Positions 1-9,863 of a stretch of 64,000 nt of DNA are shown here, one piece after another. The translations under genes and the position numbers were made by a program. The stretch's first letter is position 1, and the number at the start of each line of letters is the position of its first letter. This stretch comes from Bacillota bacterium (lineage in GTDB: Bacteria > Bacillota > Sulfobacillia > JAJZYS01 > JAJYTV01): the NCBI GenBank assembly GCA_021793645.1, contig JAJYSJ010000002.1, positions 144,753 to 208,752 on the forward strand, given 5' to 3'. The notes beneath the pieces were generated by a model, which saw only the letters and a program-made list of their open reading frames with translations, was not told where the DNA came from and made no database searches.

Positions 1-57
1 GCGACATTTCCGCCAGTCGTCGCCATTCCTGCAGGGTCGAGTGGTGAGACCCCCGTC

Positions 58-1071
58 GTGCGAATTTGGTGGAATCATGCGCTTCCCTATGCGTCTCCTG
101 CATGGACGGCAAGGGATCCGAAAGCGTATGCGATCTCCCCTCGTGCGGCAGTTCTAAAGGCTGTATCTGGGGTTTCTAAGAATTCCATCGATGTCATCTA
201 TGTTCAGCCGGTCGGCTTTGTGGGACGCATCTCCAACGCTGGCGGAATAACCAAAGAGACATCCGCCTATCTCGTAGAGCTTGTTGGAACGAACTTGAGC
301 CCAGGGCAGACCGCAGCAGGACCGAATCCGCCCAAACCGCCAGTCGTTGGGTTCACGGTCGTTCTGGTGAATGGCAAGACCGGGTCCAGCGAACTCATCG
401 AATCCGGATCTGCGCATGAATTGGATTTGGGTCCCTATATCTCACGGGCAAGCGCCGAGGCGATCGCCGCGGATGCCGAGATGGGGACGACGCCTCCGAG
501 GGTGCTGTCCGCTAAACTGGAGACGCTCGACGCTGCCAGCACGCAACTTGGGTCGAGGGCGGCTGCGGACACCGTCCCGAATGATGCGATGGTCTGGGTC
601 GTCACGCTTAAGGGGACGTACAATCCGGGATCTTGCTTTTCAAGTTGCGTTCCCGCTCTGTACGACCAGGTTTACAACGTCGTTGAGGATGCCATGACAG
701 GACAGTGGTACTCGTCGGGACTCTTCAACGCGCCTCTGACTGGGCACATCTCGCTGGCAGAGGCGACGGCTGCCGCCCTCAAAGAGGCACACCATTTCGG
801 GACGGAGCCAACGAAAGTCCTGTCTGCAAAGCTTGAGAGCGTTGGGGCTGCGGATCAACAGGCTGGAACTAGCGTAACCAGTGCTTCCATGGATGCGCGA
901 ACGATGGTATGGCTCGTTTGGGTGAAAGGGACTTACCAGCCCGTGTGCAGTCCCGCCGGTTCCTGTCCCGCGACACCCAACACGGAGTACTTCATCACCG
1001 TTAATGCGTTAACCACTGCGGTCGTAGGGGTGGGACGGAATCCCGATGCGCCGGGCGCGCCGAAAGACTGA
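58..1071 (+). CDS. hypothetical protein with two tandem ~100-aa internal repeats (PepSY-like?)
   Basis: 337-aa ORF near the window edge; the true start may lie upstream of the window. Two homologous segments are visible (..PPRVLSAKLETLDAAS..MVWVVTLKGTYNPGSC.. and ..EPTKVLSAKLESVGAAD..MVWLVWVKGTYQPVCS..). The pattern ISLAEA..ALK..G is reminiscent of PepSY-type domains; no family was confidently recognised. Confidence 0.4.
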   Translation: MRIWWNHALPYASPAWTARDPKAYAISPRAAVLKAVSGVSKNSIDVIYVQPVGFVGRISNAGGITKETSAYLVELVGTNLSPGQTAAGPNPPKPPVVGFTVVLVNGKTGSSELIESGSAHELDLGPYISRASAEAIAADAEMGTTPPRVLSAKLETLDAASTQLGSRAAADTVPNDAMVWVVTLKGTYNPGSCFSSCVPALYDQVYNVVEDAMTGQWYSSGLFNAPLTGHISLAEATAAALKEAHHFGTEPTKVLSAKLESVGAADQQAGTSVTSASMDARTMVWLVWVKGTYQPVCSPAGSCPATPNTEYFITVNALTTAVVGVGRNPDAPGAPKD

Positions 1072-1163
1072 CGGGATCCAGCCCGAACAAACTTCGAGAC
1101 GGCAGCACTGCAATGGCGGCTCGAAGCCAGGATGACTGCCCTACAAAATTCCTGAACAGAGCG

Positions 1164-1210
1164 TATGCGAAAGCCCGCAGCGCCGCACAGGCCGTCGCGG
1201 GCTTTCGCAT
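1164..1210. other. perfect 13-bp stem hairpin (tgcgaaagcccgc ... gcgggctttcgca) between ORF1 and nth
   Basis: The inverted repeat was read directly. There is no clear U-tract on the + strand, so terminator function is uncertain. Confidence 0.35.
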
Positions 1211-1295
1211 GCAGCGGACGGCAGAATGCTCAGTCCTTGCAGGGCGGTGCGGCAGGGTTGCCCGCGGCAGGCGCGAAGAAAGCACGAAAGGTACC

Positions 1296-1961
1296 ATGGC
1301 TGTCGGTGAGGTGGCGCAACTGCGCGTAGCAACGGGTCGGATCCTCGACATCCTGGGCAGCATGTATCCTGACGCTCGCTGCGCCCTTGACTTCACCACA
1401 CCGTTCGAACTTCTGGTCGCGACGATCCTCTCGGCGCAGTGCACCGACGAACGGGTCAACATGATCACCCCGCGCCTCTTCCCGCGCTACCCGACGCCAG
1501 CTGCGATGCTGGCCCTCAGCCAGGAGGACCTCGAGGATCTCATCCACGACTGCGGCCTTTTCCGCTCCAAGGCGAGGAACATCCTCGGTACCTGCGATGC
1601 GCTTCAAACGGGCCACAGCGGCGAAGTGCCGCGGACGATGGCTGCACTGCTGAAGCTGCCGGGCGTCGGGCGCAAGACCGCGAACGTCGTGCTCTCGAAC
1701 GCCTTCGGCGTCCCTGCGATCGCAGTGGACACGCATGTCTTCCGCGTTGCGCGCAGGCTGGGCCTGGCACACGGCGAAACGCCGGAGCAGGTGGAGCGCG
1801 ATCTGCGCCTCCGCATTCCCCGAAGGGACTGGTCCGCCGCGCACCACTGGCTGATCCACCATGGACGCCAGATATGCCACGCGCGCCGGCCAGACTGCCT
1901 GCACTGCCCTCTCTCGCCGTACTGTCCCGCCTACCGGCTGGGACAGGTGCATCCGAAGTAA
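1296..1961 (+). CDS. nth: endonuclease III (HhH-GPD DNA glycosylase/AP lyase)
   Basis: HhH-GPD motifs (LPGVGRKTANVVL) and a C-terminal 4Fe-4S cluster motif (C-x6-C-x2-C-x5-C: CHARRPDCLHCPLSPYC). The ATG at 1296 is preceded by GAAAGG; the upstream part of ORF 1113.. is a likely non-coding extension. Confidence 0.9.
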   Translation: MAVGEVAQLRVATGRILDILGSMYPDARCALDFTTPFELLVATILSAQCTDERVNMITPRLFPRYPTPAAMLALSQEDLEDLIHDCGLFRSKARNILGTCDALQTGHSGEVPRTMAALLKLPGVGRKTANVVLSNAFGVPAIAVDTHVFRVARRLGLAHGETPEQVERDLRLRIPRRDWSAAHHWLIHHGRQICHARRPDCLHCPLSPYCPAYRLGQVHPK

Positions 1962-1973
1962 GGAGGAGCGTCC

Positions 1974-3197
1974 ATGCCGTTCGATCCCGCGAATTTCCGC
2001 AGCCGCTTCCCGTCCCTCACCCTAGAGGTGCAAGGACACCACGCAGCGTTCTTCGACGGTCCCGGCGGTAGCCAGGTCCCGCTCTCGGTGATCGATGCAC
2101 AGCGCGACTACTACCTCAGCCGCAACGCGAACACCCACGGACAGTTTGCCACGAGCCGCGCTGCGGACGAGACGGTGGATGAGGCGCGCGCGGCGTCCGC
2201 CGCGTTCCTCGGCGCGCAGGGACCTGAGACGATCTCGTTCGGCCAGAACATGACAACGCTCAATTTCGCTCTCTCGCGCGCAGTCGGCCGGACACTCGAA
2301 CCCGGCGACGAGGTGATCGTCACCGATCTCGAACACGATGCCAACGTGGCGCCCTGGCTGAGCCTTGAAGAACGCGGCGTCGTCGTGCGGTCCTGCCCAG
2401 TCCGCCTCGAGGACTGCACGCTGGACATGGACGCGATGCGCGCTCTGATCGGGCCGAAAACGCGGCACGTCGCCATTGGGTACGCCTCGAACGCCGTCGG
2501 GACGGTAAACGACGTTCATCGGGTGATCGGCTGGGCGCACGCGGCGAATGCAACCGTCTCCGTCGATGCCGTCCACTTCGCCCCGCACGCACTGATCGAT
2601 GTCACGGCGCTCAGCTGCGACTTTCTGCTCTGCTCCGCCTACAAATTCTTCGGTCCGCACGTCGGTCTCCTGTACAGCCGCCCAGGTGCCCTAGACGAAC
2701 TCCCTACCGATCGCGTACGACCCCAGGACCCGAGTCCCCCCACGCGCATCGAAACCGGCACCTTGAACCACGCCGCTCTGGCCGGTGTCACAGCTGCCAT
2801 CCAGACGATCGCCAATGTGGGCGAAGGAGATTCCTTGCGCCAGCGCATCTCAACCGCCTTCGCCGAGATCTATCCCTATGAGCATCGCCTCGCCCGGCGG
2901 CTCTGGCAGGGTCTGGCAGACATCACCGACCTGACGCTCTACGGCCCCCCTGTCGGGGATGCCCTGCGGGCTCCGACCATCGCCTTCCGCATCAAGGACG
3001 CTGCTCCCGAGGACGTTGCCCGCAGGCTGGGCGACGAGGGCCTCTTCGTCTGGGACGGCGACTTCTACGCTGTCACCCTGATCGAGAAGCTCGGCCTTTC
3101 GGACAAGGGCGGCGTCGTCCGGGTCGGCATGGCGCCCTACATCCTGATGGACGAGGTGGATCGGCTGCTCGCCGCCATCCGCAAGATCGCGAAGTAG
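1974..3197 (+). CDS. class-V aminotransferase-fold PLP enzyme, cysteine desulfurase-like
   Basis: NifS/SufS/Csd-like sequence with the PLP lysine in SAYKFFGPH; 407 aa. Confidence 0.8.
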   Translation: MPFDPANFRSRFPSLTLEVQGHHAAFFDGPGGSQVPLSVIDAQRDYYLSRNANTHGQFATSRAADETVDEARAASAAFLGAQGPETISFGQNMTTLNFALSRAVGRTLEPGDEVIVTDLEHDANVAPWLSLEERGVVVRSCPVRLEDCTLDMDAMRALIGPKTRHVAIGYASNAVGTVNDVHRVIGWAHAANATVSVDAVHFAPHALIDVTALSCDFLLCSAYKFFGPHVGLLYSRPGALDELPTDRVRPQDPSPPTRIETGTLNHAALAGVTAAIQTIANVGEGDSLRQRISTAFAEIYPYEHRLARRLWQGLADITDLTLYGPPVGDALRAPTIAFRIKDAAPEDVARRLGDEGLFVWDGDFYAVTLIEKLGLSDKGGVVRVGMAPYILMDEVDRLLAAIRKIAK

Positions 3198-3203
3198 CCG
3201 CCG

Positions 3204-3260
3204 CCGCGCTGCAGCAACGCGCTGTCTCCTCGAGACCGGGGAAACAGCGCGTTGCTGCAG
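3204..3260. other. 18-bp perfect-stem hairpin (gctgcagcaacgcgctgt ... acagcgcgttgctgcagc) downstream of the desulfurase-like gene
   Basis: Inverted repeat read directly. A weak U-tract suggests a terminator or attenuator ahead of the ABC transporter operon. Confidence 0.4.
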
Positions 3261-3325
3261 CCTCCGGTTGCCCGGAATCGTCCGCAATGGTATCGTTCGG
3301 TTTTACATAGCGGGAGGTGCCCCAG

Positions 3326-4273
3326 ATGCTCGCCGTACAGACTGAGCGCCTCGCCAAGGTCTTCGAGCGTCGGAAGGGAAGGCAGCGGCAAAGTCACCTC
3401 GCCGTGGACTCCGTCGACCTCGCCATCGACCAGGGGGAGGCCGTCGCCTTCATCGGCCCGAACGGGGCCGGGAAGTCGACGACGATCAAGATGCTGACGG
3501 GGATCCTGCACCCGAGCGCCGGGTCAGCCGAAGTACTCGGGCTCGTCCCCTGGAAATCCCGACAGCGGCTCGCGCTGCAGATCGGCACCGTCTTCGGCCA
3601 ACGCTCGCAGCTCTGGTTCCACCTGCCTGCAGGCGACACGCTGCGGCTGCTCGCAGCCATCTACGATCTGCCGGGGCCCCTGGCAAAGTCCCGCACCGCG
3701 GAGCTCGTAGAGCGCTTCGCGCTGCAAGACCTGCTCTCCGTGCCGGTACGCAAGCTCTCGCTCGGCCAGCGCATGCGCTTCGAGATCGCGGCAAGCCTCT
3801 TGCACAAGCCCAAGGTCCTCTTCCTCGACGAACCGACGGTCGGACTTGACGTGATTGCGAAGGCCGAGGTGCGCGAGGTGGTCCGCGAGGCGAACCGCGA
3901 CGGCGCCACCATCTTCCTGACGAGCCACGACGCCGGCGACATCGAGTCGATCGCCCGCCGGGCAATCGTCATCGACCGCGGCCGCATCGTCTTCGACGAC
4001 AAGGTCTCGCAGCTGCGGCGGCAGTGGTTGACCGACAAGGTTGTCGAGCTGCGCTCCGAGGAGGAGGTCGAGCCGCCGGATATCCCGGGCGTGCATGTGG
4101 AGAAGGTCTCCCGCTACGGGCTCCGGCTACGCTTCTCGGCGCAGGACCTTCCGGTGCGACAAGTCATCGGGCAGCTCCTGGAGCGCTATCCGGTGCACGA
4201 CATCACGATCAGCGACCCGCCGCTCGAGTCAGTGATCGCGGCAATCTACCAGGGGCAAGCGGTGCCGAAGTGA
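3326..4273 (+). CDS. ABC transporter ATP-binding protein (ABC-2 type)
   Basis: Walker A GPNGAGKST, signature LSLGQRMR and Walker B LFLDEPT. GGGAGG RBS before the ATG at 3326. Confidence 0.9.
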   Translation: MLAVQTERLAKVFERRKGRQRQSHLAVDSVDLAIDQGEAVAFIGPNGAGKSTTIKMLTGILHPSAGSAEVLGLVPWKSRQRLALQIGTVFGQRSQLWFHLPAGDTLRLLAAIYDLPGPLAKSRTAELVERFALQDLLSVPVRKLSLGQRMRFEIAASLLHKPKVLFLDEPTVGLDVIAKAEVREVVREANRDGATIFLTSHDAGDIESIARRAIVIDRGRIVFDDKVSQLRRQWLTDKVVELRSEEEVEPPDIPGVHVEKVSRYGLRLRFSAQDLPVRQVIGQLLERYPVHDITISDPPLESVIAAIYQGQAVPK

Positions 4274-5064
4274 GCGGCCTGAGGAAGCTCCTCTCCGTCT
4301 TCCGCGCCTACTTCCGCAGCGTCTGGGCCTACCCTGGCGCGGAGGCGATGCGCACGATCTTCCTCGTCGTCATCATGATCGTCTTCCTGTCGCTCTGGCG
4401 CACGACGTACAGCGCAATGGGCGCGACCCGCCTGGGCGGCCTCAGCCTGCCGCAGATGCTGGAGTACCTCGTCGGCACGGAGGCGATCGTGCTCGCGGCG
4501 CCTGCCTTCGCGGCCCGCATCGGCGACGACGTGCGCACGGGCGGTCTTTCGGTGCAGCTCACGCGCCCGGTCTCCTACGTCGCCTTCCAGTTCGCCGTCG
4601 CAGCGGGAGAGAGCTGGCCGCGCCTAGCGCTGAACCTCCTCGTAGGCACTGCCCTCGTGTGGCTGGTCACGGGTGTCGAGCCGCTCAGCGCGGCAGGCGT
4701 AGCGGCATACCTCATTGCCTACCTGCCGGCCTTTCTCCTGTACGCGTCGCTCTTTCTCACCCTGGCGCTGACGAGCTTCTGGCTCGAGGACGCGTGGGCG
4801 ATCACGTTCGTCGCGAGCCGCATGGTGATGATTCTCGGCGGCCTTCTGGTACCGCTCTCGCTGTTCCCTGCGGCGCTGCGGACGGTGGCGCGCATCCTGC
4901 CGCTGCAGCTGATGGTCTACGGGCCGGCGCAACAGCTCTCGCACCCCTTTGCTGCTCTGGGGACGCTGCTGCTCAGTCAGGCGATTTGGCTCGCCGTCCT
5001 GGGCGGGCTCCTCTGGTTCGTCTACGCGAGGGGGGTGCGTGCGCTCCATGTCCACGGCGGATAG
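4270..5064 (+). CDS. ABC-2 family permease
   Basis: Hydrophobic multi-TM protein. The GTG start overlaps the ATPase stop by 4 nt (translational coupling). Confidence 0.75.
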   Translation: MSGLRKLLSVFRAYFRSVWAYPGAEAMRTIFLVVIMIVFLSLWRTTYSAMGATRLGGLSLPQMLEYLVGTEAIVLAAPAFAARIGDDVRTGGLSVQLTRPVSYVAFQFAVAAGESWPRLALNLLVGTALVWLVTGVEPLSAAGVAAYLIAYLPAFLLYASLFLTLALTSFWLEDAWAITFVASRMVMILGGLLVPLSLFPAALRTVARILPLQLMVYGPAQQLSHPFAALGTLLLSQAIWLAVLGGLLWFVYARGVRALHVHGG

Positions 5065-5839
5065 GATCCTCTTCTGGCCGCGGCTTCTCCTTTCGGCCCT
5101 GCGCGCCCAGGCTGCCTACCGCGGCGCGTTCGTGCTCTCCATCGCCGCGATGGTACTCAACGACGGCGTCTGGCTCGTCTTCTGGTGGCTCTACTTCTCG
5201 CGCTTCCCGGTCGTGCACGGCTGGCGCCTCACGGACATCGCGGCGCTCTGGGCGATCGGGGCGACGGCGATCGGGCTGACGCACGGCCTGCTCGGCAACC
5301 TCCCGCGCCTCGCGCAGCTGATTATGCAGGGCGAGCTCGACGTCTACCTCTCGCTGCCGAAGTCCGCCCTCCCCCACCTGCTTCTGAGCCGTGTCCACGT
5401 CGCGAACCTGGGCGACGTGGTGTTCGGTCCCATGGTCTTCCTGCTTCTTCTGCACCCGACGCCGGCGCGCACCGGCCTCTTTCTCCTCGCCGTGCTGCTC
5501 AGCGCCGCAATCTTCTTCGCCTTCACGCTGATCGTCCATACCACGACCTTCTACCTCGGCCGCGCGGACCTCTTGGCCGAGCAGGTCTCGATCAGCATGG
5601 TCACCTTCAGCACTTACCCGAGTCCGATCTTCCAGGGCGCGCTGCGGGTGCTGCTCTTCACCGTCCTGCCGGCCGGATTCATCGACACGATGCCGATCTC
5701 CGTGCTGCGCGCGCCGGATCCCCGCTTCATCGCCGCGACGGCGGGCTTTGCCGTCCTGTTGAACGCGCTCGCGCTGCTGTTCTGGCATAGGGGGCTGCGG
5801 CGCTACGAGTCGGGAAACCTGTTTCAGGCACGGCTCTAA
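5048..5839 (+). CDS. ABC-2 family permease (second membrane subunit)
   Basis: Multi-TM protein. ATG at 5048 overlaps the preceding permease by 17 nt. Confidence 0.7.
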   Translation: MSTADRILFWPRLLLSALRAQAAYRGAFVLSIAAMVLNDGVWLVFWWLYFSRFPVVHGWRLTDIAALWAIGATAIGLTHGLLGNLPRLAQLIMQGELDVYLSLPKSALPHLLLSRVHVANLGDVVFGPMVFLLLLHPTPARTGLFLLAVLLSAAIFFAFTLIVHTTTFYLGRADLLAEQVSISMVTFSTYPSPIFQGALRVLLFTVLPAGFIDTMPISVLRAPDPRFIAATAGFAVLLNALALLFWHRGLRRYESGNLFQARL

Positions 5840-5882
5840 GCACAGCGGACAGCATCACGCGACGAAGTCGAGGTGGAATGCA

Positions 5883-6776
5883 TTGGATCAGCGTTTGGTC
5901 GCGTTTCTGGCTGTCGCTCGTGCGGGACGCGTCACCCAGGCCGCCCGGCAACTCAATCTGTCGGTCTCGAGCGTCTCGCAACAGATCACGAGCCTTGAAT
6001 CCGATTTTGGCGTGCGCCTGTTCGTACGCAGCAATCGTGGTGTCGTGCTGTCACCAGCCGGCGCCACCTTGCGCAGCTTCGCCGAGAACATCGAGGCTGA
6101 CTGGCGGAGCGCGTTCCGCGCAGTTCGCCAGTCAGCAGCCGGTGACCTCGTCGTTCACATGTCGGCGAGTCATACTGTCGCGGAGATCTTCCTGCCGCGT
6201 CCGCTCGGTCTCTACCGCCGCCTCTATCCCGCGGTGCAGCTGAACCTTACGGTGCAGAACAGTGCCGCGGTACTCGTGCAGGTCGAGACGGGTCAAGTGG
6301 ACTTCGGAATCGCTGAAGGCCGGCTCGCGCGCCATCGGCTCCACGTACGCGATCTCTGGCGCGACGAGTTGGGTCTGATCGTCTCCGCATCCCACCCATG
6401 GGCGGGGCGCGAAGGAATTGACATCGCCCAGCTGCAGGAGGCGGACCTCATTCTGCGCGAGGAGGGCTCCGGCACCCGCCGCATCTTCGAGTCCGCGCTG
6501 CACGACGCAGGCCATGCCTTGGATTCGCTGCACGTGATCATGGAGCTCTCCTCGCTACGGGCGATCGTCGCCATGGTCCGTCACGGCGTCGGCGTCAGCG
6601 TGCTCTCGCGGATGGTGGCGGAAGAGGAGCGCGAGTCCGGCATCGCCTTCGTGCCGCTACCCGGACTTCGCCTGAAGCGCCAGATCTATCTCCTGGACCG
6701 TGGAGAACAGGACCTCGGTCCCGCCGCGCGACAGTTAAGCGCCCTTCTGGTCAAGGAGAGCGCAAGGCGTTCGTAG
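5883..6776 (+). CDS. LysR-family transcriptional regulator
   Basis: N-terminal HTH (VTQAARQLNLSVSSVSQQITSLE) plus a LysR substrate-binding domain. Confidence 0.9.
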   Translation: MDQRLVAFLAVARAGRVTQAARQLNLSVSSVSQQITSLESDFGVRLFVRSNRGVVLSPAGATLRSFAENIEADWRSAFRAVRQSAAGDLVVHMSASHTVAEIFLPRPLGLYRRLYPAVQLNLTVQNSAAVLVQVETGQVDFGIAEGRLARHRLHVRDLWRDELGLIVSASHPWAGREGIDIAQLQEADLILREEGSGTRRIFESALHDAGHALDSLHVIMELSSLRAIVAMVRHGVGVSVLSRMVAEEERESGIAFVPLPGLRLKRQIYLLDRGEQDLGPAARQLSALLVKESARRS

Positions 6777-6892
6777 CCGCCGAAGCCGCGGGCGTACGGA
6801 ATTGCCGAACGCGCCTCGCCGTCTTCCGTACGCCGGGCGTCCTCCCGCGTGCCATCATCGGAGGCACATCCCGCACGTGGGAGGCTGGAACC

Positions 6893-7960
6893 TTGGATGC
6901 TCTGAAACGCTTCACTCCGAACTGGTTCACCGTCGGGATGGGCACCGGCATCACCGCACTCGACGCCTACATCCTGCCTGGCGCCCCCGCCTGGCTGAGG
7001 GATGCTGCCACCGTGCTCTGGCTCGTGAACCTCGGTGCTGTCACCGTGTTCTTCGTCCTGTTCGCTACTCGTGCAATCGTGGATCGCCGTGGGGTGATAA
7101 AGGTCCTGCATGACCCAGTGCAGTCCATGTTCCTGGGTGCCATCCCGATGGCCTTAACAACGGTCGTGAATGGTTTCCTCGACATGGGGGCGCCGCTCTT
7201 CGGTGCCGCCGCGATACGCATCGGCTACGACCTTTGGGTGGTGAACGTCTTGCTCGCGGTGGCCTCGGGTGTGGTCGTCCCCTATCTCATGTTCCTCTCG
7301 CACGACCACCGGCTCGAGCGCATGACGGCCATCTGGCTGATGCCGGTCGTGCCGGCCGAGGTCGTCGCGGCGACGGCCGGCATCCTGATCCCGCACTTCG
7401 GACTCGCAGCAGGTCAGACGCTCGCAGTGATCGGCATGGTGCTCTGGGCGCTCAGCGTGCCGATCGCCTTCCTGATCCTGGGCACGCTGTTTCTCCGTCT
7501 GACGCTGCACAAACTGCCGCCAAAGGAGATGGCCATCACCACCTGGATCTCCCTCGGTACGCTTGGCACCGGCGTCATGGGATTGATCAGCCTGGGAAAG
7601 TCCTTGCCGCTCCTGTTTGGCGCGGTGGGATCAGGCATGGACGGCGGCGCGGTACTGGGTGCGGTGATTCTCTGGGGATTCGGACTGTGGTGGCTGGTCA
7701 TGAGCATCCTGACGACGGTGCACTACGTGCGGCGCGGCCTGCCCTTCAACCTTGGCTGGTGGGGCCTCACGTTCCCGCTCGGGGTGTTCTCCGGCGGAAC
7801 CGATCTCCTGTATGCCCAGCTGCACGTCCCGCTGATCGGTTTCCTCGCGCTTGTCTTCTTCGTCATGCTGGTGTCGTTTTGGGGGATTGTCGCCTCTCGC
7901 ACGCTTCTCGGCTTGGTGGGCCCGCGCGTACCGCGCATCGCGCCCGCCGAGGCGGACTGA
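6893..7960 (+). CDS. TDT-family transporter (TehA / Mae1 C4-dicarboxylate / SLAC1-like)
   Basis: Ten-TM protein with a TehA/Mae1-like N-terminus (WFTVGMGTGI). TTG start with a GGGAGG RBS. Adjacent to the LysR regulator. Confidence 0.7.
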   Translation: MDALKRFTPNWFTVGMGTGITALDAYILPGAPAWLRDAATVLWLVNLGAVTVFFVLFATRAIVDRRGVIKVLHDPVQSMFLGAIPMALTTVVNGFLDMGAPLFGAAAIRIGYDLWVVNVLLAVASGVVVPYLMFLSHDHRLERMTAIWLMPVVPAEVVAATAGILIPHFGLAAGQTLAVIGMVLWALSVPIAFLILGTLFLRLTLHKLPPKEMAITTWISLGTLGTGVMGLISLGKSLPLLFGAVGSGMDGGAVLGAVILWGFGLWWLVMSILTTVHYVRRGLPFNLGWWGLTFPLGVFSGGTDLLYAQLHVPLIGFLALVFFVMLVSFWGIVASRTLLGLVGPRVPRIAPAEAD

Positions 7961-8074
7961 CAACACCCGCGTTTCCTTTGCCACACGGCGGGTACACGCC
8001 TACCGAAACGCAAAGCGGAAGGCGTTCGGTGTTCCAGCAGCGCTCTACACTTCGCTTGGAGGCGTGGAGTCTCT

Positions 8075-8350
8075 TTAGGTAGCCCGCCCAAGGAGCAGGA
8101 CGCCGCCGATCAGGACGAAAGCGACGCCCGCGCCGATCTGAATGTAGCGTAGAGGGACAAGTCGCGTCAGCGCCTCGCCGAACACCACTCCGATCAACGA
8201 GGAGAGCACGAGGGCAAGACCTGCCGCTGCGAAGATCAGCAGCGGTGAGCGCGTGCGTGCGGCCAGCATCATGGTAGTGAGCTGTGTCTTATCGCCTAAT
8301 TCAGCCAGAAATACCAGTCCAAAGGTGACGGCAAAGGCCTTGAGATCCAC
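8075..8350 (-). CDS. UPF0016 / GDT1 (TMEM165) family half-size membrane protein
   Basis: ELGDKTQ motif with 3 TM helices. GTG start at 8350 with a GAGGGTGGAGG RBS. The N-terminal 23 codons of the track ORF were judged non-coding. Confidence 0.7.
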   Translation of the reverse strand: MDLKAFAVTFGLVFLAELGDKTQLTTMMLAARTRSPLLIFAAAGLALVLSSLIGVVFGEALTRLVPLRYIQIGAGVAFVLIGGVLLLGRAT

Positions 8351-8726
8351 ACCGCACCTCCACCCTCGTCTTCGGTTTGGATGGTATGCTGTGTTGCCGT
8401 CCCGCAAGACCAGTAGCACACGCGGGACACGTCCTCAAAAGCCGAAGCAGGCGGACAGAGAGCGCCAAGCGCTGTCCTTGACGCGGACGACCAGTCTGCC
8501 ACTGTCGCTTGCGGGTATGATGACGAGTCAGAAATCGTTTGGAAGCAGTTTGGCGCGATACATGTGTCCGCCGACCCCGTCAAGCTGGAGACCGATGTTC
8601 CGCCTTGGATGCGACCCGCGACAACAACTTGACTGGCGGAGCTTGTCGACGCCCGTATCGGTCCTGCAGCCGTGACCTCAACCTGCTGTGAGCAGCCATA
8701 GACTTGAAGGCACCTCGCCTCGCCGG

Positions 8727-9863
8727 CTACTCCTTGCGGCGGCTCGCGATGATCAATACGTCCGCGTCCCGCGTCTCCCGCAGAATCCGCTCGATTACAG
8801 AGCCGCGGAGCATCTCCTCCCATCGGCTTCTGCGGGATTCGCCGAGGATGATTTGCGTCGCGCGCACTTCCTTGGCGATCGCCACTAGGCGGCGCGCAAC
8901 GTCGTAATCCTCCTCGCGGGTCAGCGCCGCGCCGAGCTCGCGCGCGAGGCGCAGGTTGAGGTCCAGTGCCTGCGCCTCCTTCAGGCTCGGTGCGGTGTCG
9001 GGCTTTTTCACCGTCGCGACCAGGAAGTCTCCCTTGAGTCGGCGGGCCATGCGGTAGCCGCGGCGGATCAGCACCTGGCCGCTAAGGGTCGAGGTGACGC
9101 AGACGAGCACCCGCTCCTTCGTCTGCCACGGACCGGAAATGTGGTGCAGCCGCATGTAATCATCTAGGGCGCTGTCCGTCTCGTCTGCCACGGTCCGAAG
9201 GGCGAGCTCTCGCAGGGCGGTGAGGTTCCCGATCCGGAAGAAATTCTCAAGCGCGCGGCGCACCTGTTCCGGCGGGTAGACCTTCCCCTGCTGCAGGCGC
9301 TCCACGAGGGCGTCCGGTGCAAGGTCGATCAACCGCAGTTCTGTCGCATCCGCCAGGACCGAGTCCGGGACCGTCTCCCTGACCCGTACCCCGGTCACCT
9401 GCGCGACGATGTCGTTCAGGCTCTGCAGGTGCTGCACGTTCAGCGTCGAGTGCACGTTGATACCGGCTTCGAGGATGTCCTGCACGTCCTCATAGCGCTT
9501 CTCGTGCCGCAGGCCGGGCGGATTCTGGTGCGCCAGCTCGTCGACCAGCACGACATCCGGCTGGCGACGAAGGACAGCGTCGATGTCGAGCTCCTGCCGG
9601 ACAATGCCGTTGTACGGCACTTCGAGCGCAGGCAGCGCTTCGATCCCATCGAGGAGTTCGATCGTCTCCGCCCGCCCGTGGGTATCGATGATGCCCGCCA
9701 CGACATCGATGCCGCCCTCGCGCAAAGAGTGGGCTTCACGCAGCATGGCGTACGTCTTGCCGACTCCCGCGGCGGCCCCGATGAAGATCTTGTGTCGCGC
9801 GCGGCGTAGGTGCTCGATCTGCTGCAGAACCTCCTCCGACGTACGCCTGCGGTAGTCGCTCAT
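8727..9863 (-). CDS. kdpD: KdpD N-terminal sensor domain + Usp domain protein (no histidine kinase domain)
   Basis: Walker A-like GAAAGVGKT and the KdpD cytoplasmic domain signature, followed by a Usp-like C-terminus. Only 378 aa: no transmembrane or HisKA/HATPase part. Its start overlaps the kdpC stop by 4 nt. Confidence 0.85.
   Translation of the reverse strand: MSDYRRRTSEEVLQQIEHLRRARHKIFIGAAAGVGKTYAMLREAHSLREGGIDVVAGIIDTHGRAETIELLDGIEALPALEVPYNGIVRQELDIDAVLRRQPDVVLVDELAHQNPPGLRHEKRYEDVQDILEAGINVHSTLNVQHLQSLNDIVAQVTGVRVRETVPDSVLADATELRLIDLAPDALVERLQQGKVYPPEQVRRALENFFRIGNLTALRELALRTVADETDSALDDYMRLHHISGPWQTKERVLVCVTSTLSGQVLIRRGYRMARRLKGDFLVATVKKPDTAPSLKEAQALDLNLRLARELGAALTREEDYDVARRLVAIAKEVRATQIILGESRRSRWEEMLRGSVIERILRETRDADVLIIASRRKE

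Noticed and set aside
8351-8726. Possible yybP-ykoY (Mn2+) riboswitch upstream of the UPF0016/GDT1-family gene
   Set aside because: The minus-strand sequence upstream of the start was read through. The conserved GGGGAGUAG and associated motifs are absent; only an RBS and ordinary spacer are seen.
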